Assembly: GCA_041694815.1 (NCBI GenBank)
Contig: JBGFSC010000002.1
Span: forward strand, 1 to 29,682
From: Elusimicrobiota bacterium
GTDB taxonomy: Bacteria > Elusimicrobiota > Elusimicrobia > UBA1565 > JACRDR01
Reading direction: 5' to 3'
DNA: 29,682 bases
The translations under genes were made by a program, and so were the position numbers. The notes under the pieces are model-generated. The model ran no database searches. It had not been told where the DNA came from and was given only the letters and a program-made list of their open reading frames with translations. This document shows, in pieces, positions 26,943 through 29,682 of the stretch. Each line of letters starts with the position of its first letter. Position 1 is the stretch's first letter.

Positions 26943-27961
26943 GCCCGCTGTTGGCCGCCTTCTTGAAGGTCGCGGGCGCGCTGGGATTCGGCCTCAATAC
27001 CGCCGCCTTCCTGGCCTGGGTCGAGCGCAAGCAGAGCGCCGTCATCCAGGATCGCATCGGGGCCAACCGGGCCTCGATCTTCGGATGGCGCCTGCTCGGC
27101 CTCTTCCACATCCTGGCCGATCCAATCAAGGTGATGGCCAAGGAGGATTTCGAGCCCCCGCACGCCTTAAGGCCCTGGCACGCCCTGGCCCCCGCCATCT
27201 CCCTCGGCTTCTCCCTGCTCTGCCTGGCCGCGTTTCCCTTCGCCGACGGATTGACCCCCCTGCCGATGTCGGCCGGTGTCGTGTTCGTCCTCGCGATGCT
27301 TTCGCTGGGCGTGCACGGCGTCGTGATGGCCGGCTATTCCTCGGGCAGCAATTACTCGCTCTTGGGGGGGCTGCGGGGCGCGGCGCAGATGATCTCCTAC
27401 GAGGTCTCGATGCTCGTGAGCCTCGCGGGCGCGCTTTTCATCTACGGCAGCCTGGACCTCTCGGAGGCCGCGCGCTGGCAGGCGACCCATGCCTCCTGGG
27501 GCGTGCCGGCCTGGGGGATATTCCTGCAGCCCTTGGGGTTCATCCTCTTTTTGACCGCCGGAGCCGCCGAGACCAAGCGCATCCCCTTCGACCTGCCCGA
27601 GGGAGAGTCCGAGATCATCGGCTATTTTACGGAATATTCGGGGATGAAATTCGTGATGTTCATGATGAACGACTTCATCGAGAGCGTCGTGATCTCGGCC
27701 TTGGCGGTCACCCTCTACCTGGGGGCCTGGCACGTGCCGGGGCTCTCCCTCCTGGGCCTTCCTCCCATCGCCGCCGCGGCGGCCGGGGCGGCGGCCTTCA
27801 CGCTCAAGGTGATGGCGGTGCTCTGGCTGCTCATGCAATTGCGCTGGACTCTCCCGCGCTTTAGGTTCGACCAGCTGATGCATCTCGGCTGGAAAAACCT
27901 GCTCCCCTTGTCCCTGCTCAATCTTTTTGTCACCGTATGGGCGGTCTACCTGCTTCAATGA
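26939..27961 (+). CDS. nuoH: NADH-quinone oxidoreductase subunit H
   Basis: ERK..A.IQDRIG, GGLRGAAQMISYE, AETKRIPFDLPEGESE and PRFRFDQLM. ATG overlaps the nuoG stop. Confidence 0.95.
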   Translation: MSPLLAAFLKVAGALGFGLNTAAFLAWVERKQSAVIQDRIGANRASIFGWRLLGLFHILADPIKVMAKEDFEPPHALRPWHALAPAISLGFSLLCLAAFPFADGLTPLPMSAGVVFVLAMLSLGVHGVVMAGYSSGSNYSLLGGLRGAAQMISYEVSMLVSLAGALFIYGSLDLSEAARWQATHASWGVPAWGIFLQPLGFILFLTAGAAETKRIPFDLPEGESEIIGYFTEYSGMKFVMFMMNDFIESVVISALAVTLYLGAWHVPGLSLLGLPPIAAAAAGAAAFTLKVMAVLWLLMQLRWTLPRFRFDQLMHLGWKNLLPLSLLNLFVTVWAVYLLQ

Positions 27962-28512
27962 TCCCCGCAGCCTTGGAGTCTCATCCGGTCCGGCCGGTGC
28001 CCCGCCCCTCCATGGGCCTGCGCGAGCGCGTCTACCTCATCGAGGTGTGGAACGGGCTGCGCATCACCTCCCGGCATTTTTTCGTCAATTTGTGGCGGCA
28101 TTTGAGGCGCGCCCTTGGTTTTTCCGGCCCGCCCGGCGCCGTGACGATCCAATACCCGGAGTCTCCCGCGATGCTGGGGCGGCGGGCCCGCACGCGCCAT
28201 CGCCTGCTCAAGCGCGAGGACGGCACCCCGCGCTGCGTGGCCTGCATGATGTGCGAGACGGTCTGCCCGGCCAAGTGCATCCATATCGTCGCGGAGGAGA
28301 GCCCGGTGACGATTATCGAGAAGCGCGCCAAGAGCTTCGACATCGACCTGGGGCTGTGCGTCTTCTGCGGCTATTGCGTCGAGGCCTGCCCGGTGGACGC
28401 GATCCGCATGGACACCGGCCAGGTGGAGATGTCCACCTTCAGCCGAGAGGACATGGTGTGGCATATGGACGAGCTCATGGGCGATAGACCCAAGAAGATC
28501 GGAGGGAATTGA
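27958..28512 (+). CDS. nuoI: NADH-quinone oxidoreductase subunit I
   Basis: VTIQYPE, CVACMMCETVCP and CVFCGYCVEACP. ATG overlaps the nuoH stop. Confidence 0.94.
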   Translation: MIPAALESHPVRPVPRPSMGLRERVYLIEVWNGLRITSRHFFVNLWRHLRRALGFSGPPGAVTIQYPESPAMLGRRARTRHRLLKREDGTPRCVACMMCETVCPAKCIHIVAEESPVTIIEKRAKSFDIDLGLCVFCGYCVEACPVDAIRMDTGQVEMSTFSREDMVWHMDELMGDRPKKIGGN

Positions 28513-28513
28513 A

Positions 28514-28762
28514 ATGGCGGAAGAACCTAAGATCGCGCAGAAGGGCCCCTACGTCAAGGACGAGCAGGCCGGGCGCAAAATGTGGTGCGCCTGCGGGCAG
28601 ACCCAGAACCAGCCTTATTGCGACGGCTCGCACGCGCGGCTCAACACCGGGATAAGGCCGGTGCCGGCCGATTTGGCCGCGCCCAGGCGCGTGGCCTGGT
28701 GCGGCTGCCGGCACTCCGCCAACAAGCCTTTCTGCGACGGCAGCCATAATCGGCTACCCTAG
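28514..28762 (+). CDS. Double CDGSH iron-sulfur domain protein (NEET family, MiNT/CISD3-like architecture)
   Basis: WCACGQTQNQPYCDGSH and WCGCRHSANKPFCDGSH; GGAGG SD inside the nuoI 3' end. Confidence 0.93.
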   Translation: MAEEPKIAQKGPYVKDEQAGRKMWCACGQTQNQPYCDGSHARLNTGIRPVPADLAAPRRVAWCGCRHSANKPFCDGSHNRLP

Positions 28763-28770
28763 AGCACTAG

Positions 28771-29496
28771 ATGCAAGGCGTCGGGATACTGGCGGCCTTC
28801 GTCGCCGGCCTGCTTTCGTTCCTCTCCCCTTGCGTGCTCCCGCTGGTTCCCGGCTACGTTTCCTTCGTCTCAGGTTTTACGCTGGAGCAATTGACGCGGG
28901 GCCCCTCCGAACGCCTGCATGCGAGGGCGGCGCTGGCCTCTCTCTTCTTCGTCCTCGGATTTTCGCTCGTCTTCGTCCTGCTGGGAGCCTCGGCCTCGTT
29001 GGCCGGACAGTGGCTTGCCGCTTACAAAGCCCCGCTATCGACGGCGGCGGGCGCCTTGGTGATGCTTTTCGGGCTGCACACGATGGGCGTTTTGCCTTTG
29101 CGCTGGCTCTATCTCGAAAAGCGCTTTAAGACGGGAGGGCTAGCGCCCGGCCTGGGCGGCGCCTTCCTCATGGGGCTGGCCTTCGCCTTCGGCTGGACCC
29201 CGTGCATCGGCCCCATACTCGCGGGCATATTGGCCCTCGCGGCCCGCGACGCCTCGGCCCAGCGAGGGATGCTGCTTTTGGGGGTATATTCGCTGGGTCT
29301 CGGGATACCCTTCATCCTGACCGGCTTCGCCACGGCCTCCTTCATGCGATTCTTCCAGGGCTACAAGCGCTATATCCGCTGGGGGGAGATACTCGCGGGG
29401 CTGCTGCTGGTGCTCGTGGGCTTCTTGATCCTCTCCCGGCGCCTCAGTATACTCATCGGGTTTCTTCCTTCCCGACTGTTTGATTTTGCATTGTAA
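28771..29496 (+). CDS. ccdA: Cytochrome c biogenesis / transmembrane disulfide reductase CcdA
   Basis: SFLSPCVLPLVP and GWTPCIGPIL cysteine motifs; about six TM helices. Confidence 0.93.
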   Translation: MQGVGILAAFVAGLLSFLSPCVLPLVPGYVSFVSGFTLEQLTRGPSERLHARAALASLFFVLGFSLVFVLLGASASLAGQWLAAYKAPLSTAAGALVMLFGLHTMGVLPLRWLYLEKRFKTGGLAPGLGGAFLMGLAFAFGWTPCIGPILAGILALAARDASAQRGMLLLGVYSLGLGIPFILTGFATASFMRFFQGYKRYIRWGEILAGLLLVLVGFLILSRRLSILIGFLPSRLFDFAL

Positions 29497-29562
29497 GGCC
29501 GGGGTTAATCGGAACGATCGACTTCCTCGCCGGCGACGTCTTTTTTAAAGAACAGCTGGAGT

Positions 29563-29682
29563 CACTCCTGTCCGGTTAAAGTTGGAGGCATAGCTGGAGG
29601 TCTTGACGCCTGAGGCGGTCGAGCCTTTTGGGGTTGAGGTGGAGCAGATCGAAAAGCGAGGCTCGCTCAAGCAAGGTTTCTT
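29563..29682 (-). mobile_element. Probable right end of an IS4-family insertion sequence (terminal IR plus last 34 codons of a transposase, stop at 29576-29578), truncated by the window edge
   Basis: A minus-strand frame is open from the edge (ETLLERASLFDLLHLNPKRLDRLRRQDLQLCLQL*), and its stop is embedded in TTAACCGGACAGGAGTG. Both resemble, from memory, the C-termini and ends of DUF4372-type IS4 elements. The DDE core and the second IR are not visible. Confidence 0.45.

Overview
High-GC bacterial chromosomal segment, mostly housekeeping and energy metabolism. From left to right: (1) an intergenic stretch with a 16-bp direct repeat and a hairpin whose arms are two perfect DnaA boxes; (2) a minus-strand PLP aminotransferase plus nitrilase-family (omega-amidase-like) pair, divergent from a double-ACT protein; (3) a lower-GC, signal-peptide-bearing ORF with a JAB/MPN-like motif; (4) NADP-type isocitrate dehydrogenase with an unusual 33-aa CxxC-x14-CxxC insertion in its active-site (phosphorylation) loop; (5) a GT2 glycosyltransferase; (6) a reduced yceD-rpmF-plsX-fabG-acpP-rnc cluster without fabH/fabD/fabF, in which rnc has no canonical start codon, running directly into acyl-CoA dehydrogenase-etfB-etfA-pepN; (7) a complete but circularly permuted complex I operon, nuoJKLMN-ABCD-(EF fused)-GHI, whose NuoF moiety has several substitutions at normally conserved NADH-binding positions; (8) a double-CDGSH [2Fe-2S] protein and ccdA; (9) the probable end of an IS4-family element at the right edge. 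No rRNA, tRNA or CRISPR array was seen. All calls come from motif reading by eye. No database search was run, and comparisons with reference proteins are from memory.
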